A stretch of DNA of 64,000 nucleotides from Sphyrna mokarran. Taxonomy: Eukaryota. Location of the stretch: assembly GCA_024679065.1 (NCBI GenBank), contig JAGIQG010000014.1, forward strand, positions 17,856,001 to 17,920,000, in the 5' to 3' direction. Positions 26,401 to 39,670 of this stretch are shown here, one piece after another. Below the pieces are notes generated by a model. The model saw only the letters and a list, made by a program, of their open reading frames with translations. It ran no database searches and was not told the DNA's origin. The position numbers and the translations under genes are program-made. The number at the start of each line of letters is the position of its first letter. The first letter of the stretch is position 1.

Positions 26401-27146
26401 TGATGTTGTGGCTCACTGTTTATTTTGCCAGGAATGTCACGAAAGCTGCCAGGATGTTGACCCTCGATGCATTAGTAACCTATCCATTGCCAACAGTTTT
26501 CAATATTTGTCTCCGTGCCAGGGCTTTATGGCATTTTTTTTTCATTTAGTGAGGGAGAGGGAGCAAAGGGAAAAACATGAAGGAGCCATTTTTGTGTGTT
26601 TTTTTCTCGTAGAGCTTGCTTATTTTTTGTAGTAATTTTCCTATTGTCTGAGTTGGATGAGCTGTGCCAAAGGGATGCAATATTTTGTAAGATGGGACAC
26701 AATAAGACTTCCTTTTAATTTGTGGCTTGTGCATTTTGTGCTGAAGATGGTGCTATTTTAAGGACCATTTGGTCATGGGATTTTCAAAGCTGTTTGCTAT
26801 CGTACATTCTTCTCTTCTCACACGGTAGGCCTTGTTTACAGTTACTAACCCAGGTTTGGTGTATTACTGGAGGTTTCATCATCTAGCTACCGGCTCCCAA
26901 TCCAGTAAAACAAGTTTTCCCCCGTCTGCAACATTTTTATATGTAAAAAATGAAATTATTCAAAGAAAATGCTTCAATGATTTTTCTCCAAGGTTGCTTG
27001 CAGCAGTGTCCAAGAGACTAATTTTCAATTTCTGGAGTCTCCAGGGTCATCCTGGAAGGTTGGCAACCCTAGACTTGCTTAATTTTTTAGTGGTTAACTA
27101 CACAATAAGACAAGAGAGATTCCAGATCTTGAGGCAGAATTCAGAA

Positions 27147-27513
27147 TTGGTGGTGTCATCATGGTATTGTCACTGAACTACTAATCCAGAAACCCAGGGT
27201 AATGCTGTTGGAACCCAGGTTCAAATCCTACCATGGCAGAGCCATTTACACTCCATAAAGTATCTGCAATTTAAAGTATGATGCTGACCAATAAGCCGTT
27301 GTCGATTGTTATAAAAACCCATCTGGTTCACTAATGTGCTTTGGGAAAGGAATACTGCCGTCTTTATCTGGTCTAACCCACATGTGATTCCAGATCCACA
27401 GCAGACCTTAAATGCTCTCTGGAAGCCACTCAATTCAATGAACATTCAATTAGAAATGGGCAATAAATGCTGGCCCAGCCAATGACACCCCCATACTTTG
27501 AACGAAGAAAAAA
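27147..27513 (+). mobile_element. Near full-length tRNA-head SINE (family B)
   Basis: B box ggttcaaatcc, body gattgttataaaaacccatctggttcactaatg, tail gggcaataaatgctggccc plus A-rich end. Confidence 0.8.
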
Positions 27514-27711
27514 ATCAGAGTCCGACACTTCCCTGCAATGCTTCCACCCACTCCAGGAATGGAAGCAAAAAAATCCTTCCTGGTTCCCATTCCAGATCAA
27601 TGAGGGACTCAGGGAAAATCTGACTGTGAGAGAAGGACATAGGCAGTACAAGAGTTCACCTACTTTGGCAGAAAAGCGGCACAAAGCCTGGAGAAATGGC
27701 ACATGCTGAAT

Positions 27712-28156
27712 CTTAGAATGATTACAGCAGAGGAAACCGTTCAACCCCATCGTATCTGTGCTGGCTGTCTGCAAGAATAATTCACTGGATGCTATCCCCT
27801 GCTTTTTGTCTGTAGCCCATTTCTCTCTTAAAATGAATGTTTTTCCTCATGTTATCATTGTTCCTTTTGCCAATAACCTTAAATCTATGTCCTCTGGTTC
27901 TCGATGTTTTCAACAAGGGGAACCATTTCGCCCTCCCTACCCTGTCCAGTTCCCTCATAATTTCAAATATCTTGATCAAACCTCCTATTAATTTTCTCTT
28001 CTCCAAGGAAAAAGGTCCCAGTTTCTCAAATCTATCTACCTAACTGAAGGTCCTGAACCCTAGAACCATTCTTGTGAGTGTTTTCTGTATCTTCTGTAAT
28101 ACCTTCACATTGCATCAATAGTGTGGTGCCAAGAAGTGAACACCATATCCCAGTGA
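27712..28156 (-). mobile_element. CR1 LINE 3' fragment
   Basis: ORF 27782..28006 (GGLIKIFEIMRELDRV...TRGHRFKV) resembles the CR1 ORF2 C-terminus. Confidence 0.8.
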
Positions 28157-29038
28157 TACATCAGGCCTGATGTTTGCATTTTTTCTCAAATCTCACCCCC
28201 TCAAGTTGCACAGACCAGCAGGAGAAGTCCTTTGGAAAATTCACTCATACAGTCGAGACTAGGAATACCCAGTGGTGCTTTGTTGGGGACAGGCCCATCT
28301 GCATCATATAAGCAGGCTAGAAATGGGCCCTCAAGACACAATGAACAGTGGCCCTCTCTAGGGCCACAGATCAGCAGGGTACTGGAACACAAGTAGCCTC
28401 CTGGCCTGAATATGTAAGTGCAACCCTATCCATGCTTGCACATGAACAATGAGCACACATGGTGGCCCCCACTGGTGCGGTATCTCAGACTGAAGCAGTA
28501 GAATATTTGACTGACCCTTGCCTTGGGGCTTGGGTCAAGAGGAAGAAGCTATTAGGAAAAGCCAGTCTATCCAAAGCACTAAACCCTGCATATTACTATT
28601 ACCTTGAAGAGACCAATAACTTCTACACCACTCTAAAAACTGCTAGCACATTGCCATTCCAAAGGGTTTATTAGATTTTTTGTTACACAGGTAATTAACA
28701 TATATTGTACTAATTATGCTGAAGAACTAATGACAGGAGCTTTTATTAATTAAGTTTCCTTTACATGCACTGGAAGTGGCTGGAACCATGACAGTCACTA
28801 AACAAATGAACCTAATCACCAAGCCAGAGACGCTTTTTGAAATTATTATTTTTAATTATTAAGCACAACATAGTGTTTTCTCTCTGCTATTTACCAAACA
28901 CTGACCCCTCCATTCCTCATTCCATGACCCATTCCTCTCCGTCACTCTGCGTGCACCAGCCACCTATGAAATATTCATCTATGTGAACAAGGGCAGAATT
29001 TTAGATCATCCTGCGGGTGATTGGGGTGGGGGGTGGTG

Positions 29039-29042
<4 letters not shown>

Positions 29043-29072
<30 letters not shown>
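29043..29072. repeat. (GA)n microsatellite
   Basis: Direct reading. Confidence 0.9.
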
Positions 29073-29076
<4 letters not shown>

Positions 29077-31274
29077 GAAGAGGTTGTAAAGTACCCCAGA
29101 TGGACATTCCATTGCCCTCCACTCTGAGGACGTACTAATCAATTACCACTGCTTGGAGCATTAAATTGTTGAGAGGCAGTCAGTTTTGATGTGAATACGT
29201 TCACTGCCAACTCTTCAGGTAGTAAGAAGGGAAACCTCACTACCCGAATAAGCCCTGGCCCGTGTTTCCATGTACAAGTGAGTGTTGACGTGGGATGAAA
29301 TTCTTCAATCTCATCCATGGCTGCCCTGCTGCAAGTGAAAATGAGAATTTGGTATTCCAGCCAAAACTCCACTCACTTTCGATGGCCCCACAGAAACCAG
29401 CCACGAATGAGGATGGAGATTTTCGGCAAAGGTATCTGTCAGGGATAGTATGACTCAATCTTGCCCCTCATCTGGAGTCTACGTGTACGTACTTTCAGCA
29501 AAGGATCGATACATTGATCTGAGGCAGGAGCCTAATTATTTCTATTCCAGAGTGTTGTGGCCAATCCAGAGGGCCTAATGTTACCCTGACTGAGACTCAA
29601 CAAACACCAAGACATGGCATTCTTGCTTTCATTAACTCAACATTGCAGTGGACACTGCCTTTATCAATTGATCCATTGAAACCATCCTGTTGTCTTTTTC
29701 TTTAGTGTTAATACCTCGGACCTAGGGAAGGATTGCTGCTGCTAGCCACTCACCATTGACCCTCATTGCTGGATAAAACCTATTTATTGATGATGTTGAT
29801 TGAAGTCAGGTGCAACTTGATGAAAGTACCTTTGATGGCAGAAAACTAGGCTGCCTCAACTTTCTATTTCCTCTTTCCTATTTGAAAATAAGGTGGCTTT
29901 TTGGTTTTGTTTGAAAGAGGGTCAATTTTCTCTCCTGATGGCTTTTGTTTGGCACATTTTCATTAGCAGCTAATGCCTTTGGGTCACCAATTGTGGGTCC
30001 TGGGTATGGATTGCCATCTCTGGATGGAAATTCCATCTTTCACCATTTATTCCACATCCCCCCAACCCTGTTGCCTGCTCCCTTCATTGGTTATGCCCAT
30101 TCTCATAAGGCACTGCCCACTGATGGGAAGCCAACAGACTTTTCGTGAACTGATTGCAGGATCTGTATCCATCACTCAAACTGCCTTTTTGCAGACTGCA
30201 CGCTGCTGCACCCAGCAAGAGGTTCATCTTTTAATCCTGGAAACTCCAAGCCTGGAGGGTTGGCAACCCTCAGACGGGCAGAAGTGGTGAGTGGCACCCC
30301 TTTGGGTTCCGTGCTAGGTGATGTATGTAATCTTAAAACCATCGGGAAAGGATTTCTTTAAGAGATACCCCAAGTCAAGAGAGAAATGGCTGAAAGCAAC
30401 TTCAGTAGCTTACTCGTAGATTATGGGGTCTTTTTTTCAACACACTCCCTCAGGTAAAGCCTGATCAAGGCCTTTATACTTCCCTTTAATACAGACTTTA
30501 TGACTATCTATAATGAATGACAACAAAGTTAGTATGTGGTCCAAAACATCTTTGTTTCATGAATTGTAAAACATGCTTAAAACTCGAATTAAATTAGAAA
30601 CGGTGACAGAAGCACAACAGATGAATTGGGAGACTGACACCTTCCAGGGGGAAGACTGAGAGCAAAATGAACTGACAGCCAGGCAGTAAATTGTTTTGGT
30701 GTCTCTATCTCAATATTTTCAAGGCAGCTATTAACTTTGAATTTCAAGGGATTAAAATCTGGTTAAAACTGTTTGAGGCATTACATTTTTAATAAAAGTA
30801 TAAGCCTGTTAGTTGACACCTATGTAATATTGATGTTGTTTGCTGTCTCATCCAAATGCTGCAGCGCAGGAATGTTGGGCCTTTGACTTTTTCAATGAGA
30901 TTACTTCAATTACCTTAATCTGAAGTCATTCAAATGGACATGCAGGCACTGACAGCTAATAGATTTTTTTTTGTAGCCATCCTCCTTTATTTTCTCCCTT
31001 CTTCATAATCTTTTATCTGATACAAAGCTTATATATGTCTCTCGGCATCTATAAAGGGATTGGGGAGGGATGTGCATTCTTCAAGAAATTTGGAAAGAGG
31101 AGACTTGTAGCCTGATAAACCTGAAAGCATAGGCCCCCAATATATCATAGTTAAATAAATCTTTCCAAACATGCTTATAAGTCTTCAGTGAGGTGAAAAT
31201 GGACTACCTTTAGCAATTCTGCCTTATTCTGAAAGAGGCATTCAGGCCACTGCTTTTCTCCAATTCCTGTTGTG

Positions 31275-32290
31275 CCACCCAGATACTCCCCATTCCTGCC
31301 CCCTCTCAACCCCCTTCATTCCTTACCTCTCCACCTCACTTTCTCCTCCCCCACCCAACCTTCCTCTCCGCACCACCCTCCACCTCTTCACACCCCCTCC
31401 CCCCTCCGCACCCCTCTCCCTCTCCATCTCTGCACCCACCTCCCTCTCCCGCTCCGACTACCTCCCACTCCCCCTGCGCATCCACACTTCCCCTGTTCCT
31501 GCCTTCCGCTCCACAACCTCACTCCTCTGCACTCCCCTCCTCTTTAACAACCCTTCCCCCTCCGCACCACCCTCCCCTCCGCACCACTCTGTCCCTCCAC
31601 ACCATCCTCCCACTCCGCACCGCCCTCCGCCTCTGCACCGACCTTCCCCTCTGCACCACCCTCCCTCTTGCCTCTCCCCATAGCCTCTCCTGCTTCCCCC
31701 ACGTCCTTGACCCACCCCCTCCCTTCTCCACATCTTTCCCCTCATCCTTCTCCACCAGCCCATCCCCATCCCCCACCCTATCTCCCACCTCCTTCCCCAC
31801 CCTTTCTACCCTTCTCCCTTTCCCCCTACCATCCCCCACCCCACCCTCCCCTCCACCCCATCAAATCCCCACAATGAGCTTCCCAGCTGTACACTAATAC
31901 CCACACTCTTCACCACCACTTCTTCACCTCTCTCTCTCTCCCTCTCTCCCACTCTCCCCGCCACCCTTCTCCCTCTCGCCTCTCCCCATCCCGTTGCCCA
32001 CTTCCCCCACCTCCTCCACCCACCCCACTCCCTTCTCCGCATCTCTCCTCTCAGCCTCCTCCACCAGCCTATCCCCATCCCATCCCACCTCTCACCCCCC
32101 CATCTCCCTCCCTCACTCCTCCCCCTCCCTCCTTTCCTCCTCCACACCCTCTTCCCACCCTTCCCCGTTCCCCCTTCTCCTTTCCCTCTTACCCCCTATG
32201 CCTCCCCCACCCCAACCCGTCCCTGCCACCCCATCACATCCCTACAGTGAGCTTCCCAGCTGTACCCTAACACCCACTCCCCGCCCCCCC
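31275..32290. repeat. ~1 kb C-rich pyrimidine low-complexity tract with an internal duplication
   Basis: Mostly C/T on the + strand; 31670-31910 is repeated at ~31978-32280. Confidence 0.9.
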
Positions 32291-32478
32291 GGCAAAAGCT
32301 CCTGGTTGGGATTGGAAAATACTGAGAATCAAACATTGGTTACGCTTACCTGCATGATCCACTGTCTTTATTATTGTGAATAAATAATTTACCCCTCCCC
32401 CCTTCCATTTCAATTTATTGCAAGGCTCTCGAAAAGCATGCAAAGTCAGGTAGAATATTAGGGTTACAAACTATAAAG

Positions 32479-32769
32479 CAATACTTACAACCAGGGTTTG
32501 ACAGAACCCAAGGATTCCACGCAAGAAAAACATAGAGGATTCCATGCAATTTTCAAGCCATTTGAAAATCATACCAAATTTTTCAAGATGTATTGTTCTC
32601 AGATTTAATGAAGAGCAGTCATTCATTCATTCAATCATGTTTAGTTTGTTCTAATTTTTGTTTTCTAATGTATAAATGTGTGGGAGGGGAGAAGGGGGAG
32701 AGGATTGGGATCTCACAGAATTTCACAATATATATTTTGTTTGCGAAAGAAAAAGATTGAAAACCATTG
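32479..32769. mobile_element. hAT-type MITE relic
   Basis: Degenerate TIRs (caatacttacaacc / gattgaaaaccattg); flanks ctataaag and cgataaaa match 6/8 as a TSD. Confidence 0.45.
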
Positions 32770-33237
32770 CGATAAAAGAATGAGGAGTGATAGGGTTGTA
32801 GGCTGTTTTTTTTTAGTTTGTACAGAGTCTATAATAGTTAGGACATCACAACCTTTTAATGGCTTTATGAATAAAAATAGTGCTGCATAATTAATGTGAA
32901 TCAACATTCTGTGGGGGTAAATTATCTGACCTCTGCCGATTAGGAAGGCCATGATCATCTGCTCAGACTGTTCAGTTTTCATTGCAATTGAACTGGCAGT
33001 TTTGTGACTCTGCTAATGGACTAATAGTTGTGGCAGTTTTCATGAAGGGCTGAGGTTCAGCTTTATTTGTTTGTTTGATCAAAGGGAAAATTTCAACACA
33101 GCGACAGGAGGGAGGATGCTGAATTTCTGCCAAAGGGATGTGAGAAGAAATACTGCATTCTCTCATTAAGAAACAGAGGATGTGTCCCTCCGGTACTTTA
33201 ATCGCAGTAGCTGTGCAAGAAATATGGAAAGGAGATA

Positions 33238-33423
33238 GAAAGATGTGCGGGTTAGCATGCTAAGAAATTGCCCCTTAGTATCCAGCGATGAGTAGGTTAG
33301 AGTGATTAGTGGGTATAATATGTAGGGATATGGGGGTAGGGCCTGGGTGGGATTGTGTTCGGTGCAGACTCAATGGGCCGAAGGGCCTCTTTCTGCACCG
33401 TAGTGTTTTATGATTTCTATGAT
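33238..33423 (+). mobile_element. HE1-type V-SINE, 3' half
   Basis: aaagatgtgcgggttag...ttgccccttagt...gggccgaagggcctc...ttctatgat, matches the 23136 copy. Confidence 0.8.
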
Positions 33424-34339
33424 TTGAGAACTATTCTCAGCACATTTAGCAGGAAGTATTCTGGTCGTTCTATCATTGGGAGCATCACAGCCAAGCCCTA
33501 TCCTGGGCTTGCCCAGTGTCCAGGGAGTGACTGAATCTCAATTGTCACTGCATGAGTGTCCTGCATCAACTTCCACTTATGATTCATGTGCAAGAGAACA
33601 GTGATCTGGGTGAGGTACCAGTGTGCACCAATTGAATCTACTCCCAACTTGACTGAGTGCATTTGGAGAAAACTGGAAATAAATAAATGGCAGACCTTCT
33701 GATAACGTGCGAGGGAGCTTTCTGATTTTTGATACAGATTTTGTTGCAGACATAGCAATTGCCAGATTGAGATAACACATCCGAATTATAGTGGAGATTT
33801 GCTTTCAACTGGCTATAATGGTGTATTTAGTGTCTGTGAGCCCATTTAAGGAATGAAGTACTGACTTTAGAGAGTTTTGTTTGTTTTTTTGATGCGGCGC
33901 GATCCTGCTATCTCTCAGCTATTTCTTAACTTGCTGACTGAGCTCAGTTTCAGAGAGACAAGTTTGGGGCTTTTAAACAGGGCTTTTATACATTTTTAAT
34001 GCATATTTATGCTGTCATAAAGCCTCTTTGCTCCTCTGAATGCGCTATGTGTAAAACTACCAGCAATTGCAGTGTGGCATTCTCCAGCACGTACTCTGCC
34101 TGAAAAAGAATATTTAAGAGTGTTTTTTAACATATCAATTCCTCCGCTGCTCTTTTGAAAGTGCTGAATTTTACAGGAGTGTTTGCTAACTATTTCATCC
34201 ATTGCTTTACTCAGTGCTCTATACCTCACGCGTGAATCTCAATGGTGAATATCAGCAGGCTACTTGACCGTGGGGGCATCGCAATTCTTTACTAACCTGA
34301 TCTTTGTCGTGATTTCTTTGCAAGGGTGAATAATAATTA

Positions 34340-34790
34340 ACAACATCAGGAACTTGCATTTGTGCAGCGCCTTTAATGTAGTAAAACATTCCATGGTTAT
34401 CAAACCAAATTTGGCATTACATGAGGAGATATTTGGACAGGTGGCCAAAAGTTTGATCAAGAAGATAGACCTTAAGGAGCATCATAAATGAAGGAGTGAG
34501 AGAAAGAAACAGAGGTTTAAGGAGGGAATTCTAGATTTCAGTGCCTAGATAGCTGGGTGGAGGGAAGGAAATTGAGGATTGGCAACCGGGCTGAATTGGA
34601 GGATCACTGAATGCTTAGAATGGATGTAATTGAGTTAAGGAATGATGAGGCCATTGAGGAATTTGCATGCAAGGATAAAAATTGTAAAGTGGAGGCATTG
34701 CCAGACTGGGAACCAATTTAAATCACAGGAATGATTGATGATCAATACTTGGTGTAAGTTTGGATACAGGACCAGCACAGCTGGCAAATG
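34340..34790 (-). mobile_element. L2 LINE 3' fragment
   Basis: Homologous to 16853-17095 and extends further. Confidence 0.65.
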
Positions 34791-35095
34791 TCCCGCTGAG
34801 GTTCTTCCATAAAGAGTGGCTATTTGGACGGGATTTTGGAGAACATCCTTTGCAAGCAAGGAGTCAGTGCCTATCCAATGAATGAGATGTGAAAACAAGG
34901 TCCTGACTACCAGATCAAATGAACAATAAAGATCTCATGAGATTATTTGAAAAGAGCAAGATGCCCTCCAGTATCTTGGCCAAAATTCCTCCTTTTATCA
35001 ATGCCACTAAAAAACAGGCCATTTCATCATTCTTCTCTGTGCTGTTGGTGGGATCTGCTTGTGTGCCAAAAGGTTGCCAGAGTCAGCCATGTAAT

Positions 35096-35334
35096 GGGTG
35101 GATTTTCTGTGCAACTTCCTGCATGTCTTGAGGCAGTGGTGGCATTGGCTGGCAGTGGGAAGTTCTGGTCCTGCCATTGTCAATGGGTTTCCCACTGGAT
35201 ACAGGCCCCCGCCGCTGTGAGTGTGTGTGTGTGGTGGGGTGGTAGGAGTGGGGGTGGTAGGATGGAGAGTGGTGTTGCGCCGTCGGTAGGAACAGAAGAT
35301 CCCTTTGGCCTGAACAGGCAGGAAAGTTCAGGCC
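35096..35334. mobile_element. Harbinger-type MITE relic
   Basis: Ends gggtggattttc / gaaagttcaggcc; interior resembles 39052-39250 in inverted orientation. Confidence 0.45.
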
Positions 35335-35914
35335 AACAACTTGTAGCAATTAATTCATGTGTGGTGCTTTGAGGAGTTGCCATGTTAATCCAATGCATCT
35401 CTGAGGAGAGGATAAAGAGGATGAACAGAAAGCATTAATTCTGTGCAATGTACGAAAGAAAAGGTGGAAAGCACCTTTGGAAAAGTTAATTCGGCAGTAG
35501 TTTGTGAATGATTTTTTTTCTGAGTGACACATAAAGCTTACATGTTGATTAATTTAAACAAGATTTCCTCTTCTTTTGTTCCAAAACATAAATGAATGAT
35601 TTAAATTGCATCAGGGCTCAGACACTCATTGCTATTCCCAGGGAAGGGTCCCGGCAGTGGATTATTTTCTTTAGCACTTGGGGATAAGGGAAACTGTTAG
35701 TTTCTAAATTGGAACCATCTGGGCTACCCCTGGCATCCACAAGGGGAATTAAGAAAAAAAGTACAAGTTTATGTTGAAGCCCCCAGCTCTCAAATTGGCT
35801 TTTAACGCTGAGCCCAAGATCGAGAATGTTTGGTCTACTGCATCTCAGAAGACCAAAAAAATGCTGAAGGGTACATAAATAAATAAACAAATAAAGCTTG
35901 TCTAATTACATAGC

Positions 35915-36905
35915 ATTTTACAGAAAAGAACTAGGTCATTCGACAAAATGGGTCTGTTGCTAGTGTTTATGTTCCACACAAGCCTTCTCCTACTCTACTT
36001 CATCTCACCCTAACTATGTAGCCTTTTTTTGCTTTCTCCCGCATGTGTATACCTAACTTTCCCTTGGAAATGCCTATGGCAGGTTTTCCCAAATCTTTCT
36101 GGATGCTGAACTCTTTTGACCTCCCAAAAGCATTGATAGAACCCCCAAACATATTTTTTGTGAAATAGGTACAAATGCAGGAAACAAATGTGTTGAAGTG
36201 TTTTCCATCTATATGTCTGTGTTTATTGTCATTAAACCATTATTTTGTTCAGCAGGATAAAGACTGACCCCACTTGCCCCTCTCCCCATGCCAATCTCTC
36301 CATAGTACCCTCTCCTTAATACACCCTCCGCAATACCCTGTCCCCATGGCTATTATTCCATGGCACTCTCTCCCTATGGCCCTCTGCCCCAAATGGCCTC
36401 TCTCCAATGCCCTCTCCCTATGGCTCTCCATGGCTTTCTCTCCATGTCGTGCTCCATCATCTATCATTCACTTCATTGCCAGCCGCCTGCTCAGCCATCT
36501 GGCCTGCTGCCTGCTAGGCCTTCGCCCTCAGCCCTGCTGGCCCCTACCTTGGACTTTTAATACTCACTTTGGCATTTTTTTCTGTCAGAGCCTGCATTCT
36601 TGGTGCATTGACTGCTGATAGACTGTGCCTATAAGGAGCCAATGCAGGGTGGAAGACACCTATGACTGGACAAACTAGAAGAGCAGTTTCAAAGTTCTCC
36701 CACAGAATCCCTGGAAACCTCCCACAGAAATCCCAGAGTTCCAGAGAACCCAGTTTGGGAAATATTGGTCTAATGGCTATAACCACTCTATGTGGTAACA
36801 AGTTACACATTCTAACAACTCTCTGGGTAAAGATGTTTCCCTGATTTTTTTTTAATCGGATTTATTATAACTAACTTATATTTAAGGACCCTAGTTTTGG
36901 ACTTC
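35915..36905 (-). mobile_element. CR1 3' fragment interrupted by a MITE
   Basis: 35915-36079 and 36768-36905 join into the same CR1 tail seen at 43290-43560 and 50720-51100. Confidence 0.6.
36080..36767. mobile_element. hAT (Charlie-like) non-autonomous element
   Basis: TIRs caggttttcccaaa / tttgggaaatattg (11/14); flanks gcctatgg / gtctaatg; internal short repeats at 36270-36445. Confidence 0.6.
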
Positions 36906-39051
36906 CTAAAGAATCAAAAGATCAAGCTCTTTCCAGTTGTTTTTTATTTATCTTAGTGCAAGGATTCTGGAAGAATAGTTCTTTAACTGGTAACCTGAGA
37001 CTCGATTCCATGTGCTGTGTGTGTTTGTTGAAGGCTGGATGTGAAGTGACCCACATTCTTCAGATCTCTTAATGCCTTCACTGTCTGTGTTGCCAACACC
37101 TCCAGGATTACCCTGGAGTCTCCAGGATTTGAAGATTAATTCCCTGGACACAGATGAGAAAATTCATGGGGGCAGCAAAAGAAATTGTGCTTTTTTTTTC
37201 AGAAAAATGTTTTTGTTTATTAAATATAAAAATATCCAAGATTGGTGGATAAAAAAGACTTTTTGAATGAGATGGGAGATTGGATATGGGAGATCATGTG
37301 CTGAACCCATTAGGAATATTTCGGAGCAGACATGACTCTGGGGAATCAGTAAAACCTGGATCCTGGTGCTCAGAGGCACAAAGTTCTGAGCTGGGACAGT
37401 GGCAACGATGGCAACACTATGTGCCTACGGGTTCTTGGCACATTTATTCGGGTGGGTGCGTTTCAAACAATACCTCCAGCCAATTCCACAGTTAGCAGCT
37501 TTATCTGGTGTATTCCTCTCCGCCCACTCCCCCTTATTTTTATTTCACTTCCTGTCATAAAGGTCGAGGCAGGGTGACCCCTGCATCAGCAGCAAGGTTG
37601 CTGAATTATTCATGCAATTGACTTTGTGTCAGCGTACACATTTGTGCAGAGGGATGTTTTATTCATTTGTCTCATTTAAAGGCCTTCCCTGCACCTGTTC
37701 TACCACTAAGTACCCAGTGATTTGCATTTGATGCTAATTTAGTTACAGTATCGGACTGGTTTCCCTCTTAATTTCATTTCCGAACAGCGTTCTCTCTCAC
37801 AATACCCAGTAAAAAAAAACAAACTTGGTCAATTTTTCTTTTATTTATTTGTTAGTGAGGGAAAGCAGAAAATTTTAGTTACCTGCAGTTCACATTTAAA
37901 TCAGCACTTTCACCTCTGTACACGAGATGAAGGGCAGCTACAATGTTACTCTGTGCCCTCTTCTATTTAAAAATAAAATGAGCCAAATGTACCACGTAGT
38001 TTTGGCTGAAAGCTTTGTCTGGCATATGTATTGAATTGATTTGCAATGTTATGGCAAAGGCAGCAGCGGCCTTGTTATAGTCAGGTTAAAATGAGGTGAT
38101 TTCCTTTAATTGGAAGCAAGCTGATAGTCACAGAAAGGCACCAGTGTGTTGCAGTTCAGATATAAATGTAGCCTTCACTTGTATTTTTTAGAGGCAGTTA
38201 TGCCTTAAGACGTCATGATGTAATTTTATCAAGCTCTGCTCCCAGTTTTGAGCCTCAGGAGGTGGGAACATGGTTTGGAAGTAGGACCACGTCAGAAATA
38301 GCACAGAATCAATGGCTTGCAAAGCAAGCCTGCACAGTAAGAGCCTCACAAAATTACGCTTGTATGTCTCCTGATTGTAAAATAAGCAACCGGTGTAGCA
38401 TTTCTAGGAGGTAGTAGAATCTTGCAATGCACATTAACCCTTGAGTTGCAAAAACTAATTTCCTCTCATTTATTGGTAAACGGAGTCATCACTGAACACC
38501 ACTCTTAATCTATATTGGAATTTGTTCTTCTGGAAGCCCATTTAAAACCAATTGGGAAATTGGATGACCATTCTTCAAACAAGGGGTCCATATCAAAGTA
38601 GCACCCATTGTATTGCAAGTGGATTGAGGGTTGGTCTTGCTGTTTCAATTGCCCCTGCCAGTTTCTTTATGAAATATTGGGATTCCATAGAACGCTATTG
38701 TAGTAAGCCTGGGAGTTGTCACTGACTCTATGTAGACCTTGAATTGATGCAGTGTAAATGCTCTTGAGTGTTATGTAGACCTGGATCGAGTGAAAATTTG
38801 TTGTCACTGTCTGGTTGGAGGTCATTTTCTACTAAACCAATAGTACATCGAGTTAACATTGTACATACAATGTCAAAATATTGAGTATAATTTCTTAGTT
38901 AAGTTGTTTATACCTCATTGATCCATTCTTGAATATTGTCTGGTCTAACCTGTCCTGCAAACCAAAGCTTGGAAAAGAAATGGACAATTTGCATACCTGC
39001 CAAGGATCTTGTGACTCAGGGATTTTGGTGCAAGGCTTGGCAGAATGCATA

Positions 39052-39250
39052 GGCTGAAATTTTCTGGCCATTCCCACCAGTGGCATTTTCTAGTCCCACT
39101 GATGCTGAACCCCATCTATGGGGTTCCCAATGGAGGGGGGTTGTGTACAATGGGAAGTCCCTTTGAAGTGGCAGGATCAGAAGACCCTGCTGCTGGCCAA
39201 TGGTGGGCCTTCTCAGAAACATGCTGTGCAGGGAGCGGAAAATCCCAACC
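39052..39250. mobile_element. PIF/Harbinger-type MITE
   Basis: TIRs GGCTGAAATTTTC / gaaaatcccaacc (10/13), flanked on both sides by ATA (3-bp TSD). Confidence 0.6.
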
Positions 39251-39279
39251 ATAACAAAAATAAAAACATTTGGATTGAT

Positions 39280-39670
39280 ATTATGCTTTGCATATCCTCA
39301 GGACATCCCAAAGTACTAATTAAGCTAATAACTTATTTTTAAGATGTTGACACTGTTGTAATGTAGGGATATGTGCAACATCTGATGGACAGCAATGATA
39401 AAAAAGGTTTTGGTGGGATAAACATTTGGATAGCCGTTCTTCTGCTCTTTGAACAGTGCCTTGGCCATAAGAATTTAAGGCCACCTTAGAGGCCAGAGGA
39501 AGATGCTGGAAAAATACTTATTTTAATATCTTGTGTCAGAGATGGCACCTCCAATAGCACAGCACTCCCTCAATACTGCTCTGAAATAGTAGGTCCATGC
39601 ACGTGCTTATGGATCTGGAGTGGCCAATCTTCTGTCTTAGAGACCCTGTGAATGCCACAGGATCAAGGCT
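39280..39670 (-). mobile_element. Deu-domain SINE (SacSINE1-like)
   Basis: cactgttgtaatgtagg...gatggcacctcc...cagcactccctca...ctggagtgg, shared with 62450-62845. Confidence 0.65.

Noticed and set aside
31270-32383. Pro-rich and Gly/Arg-rich ORFs on both strands
   Set aside because: Artefacts of the C-rich low-complexity tract.
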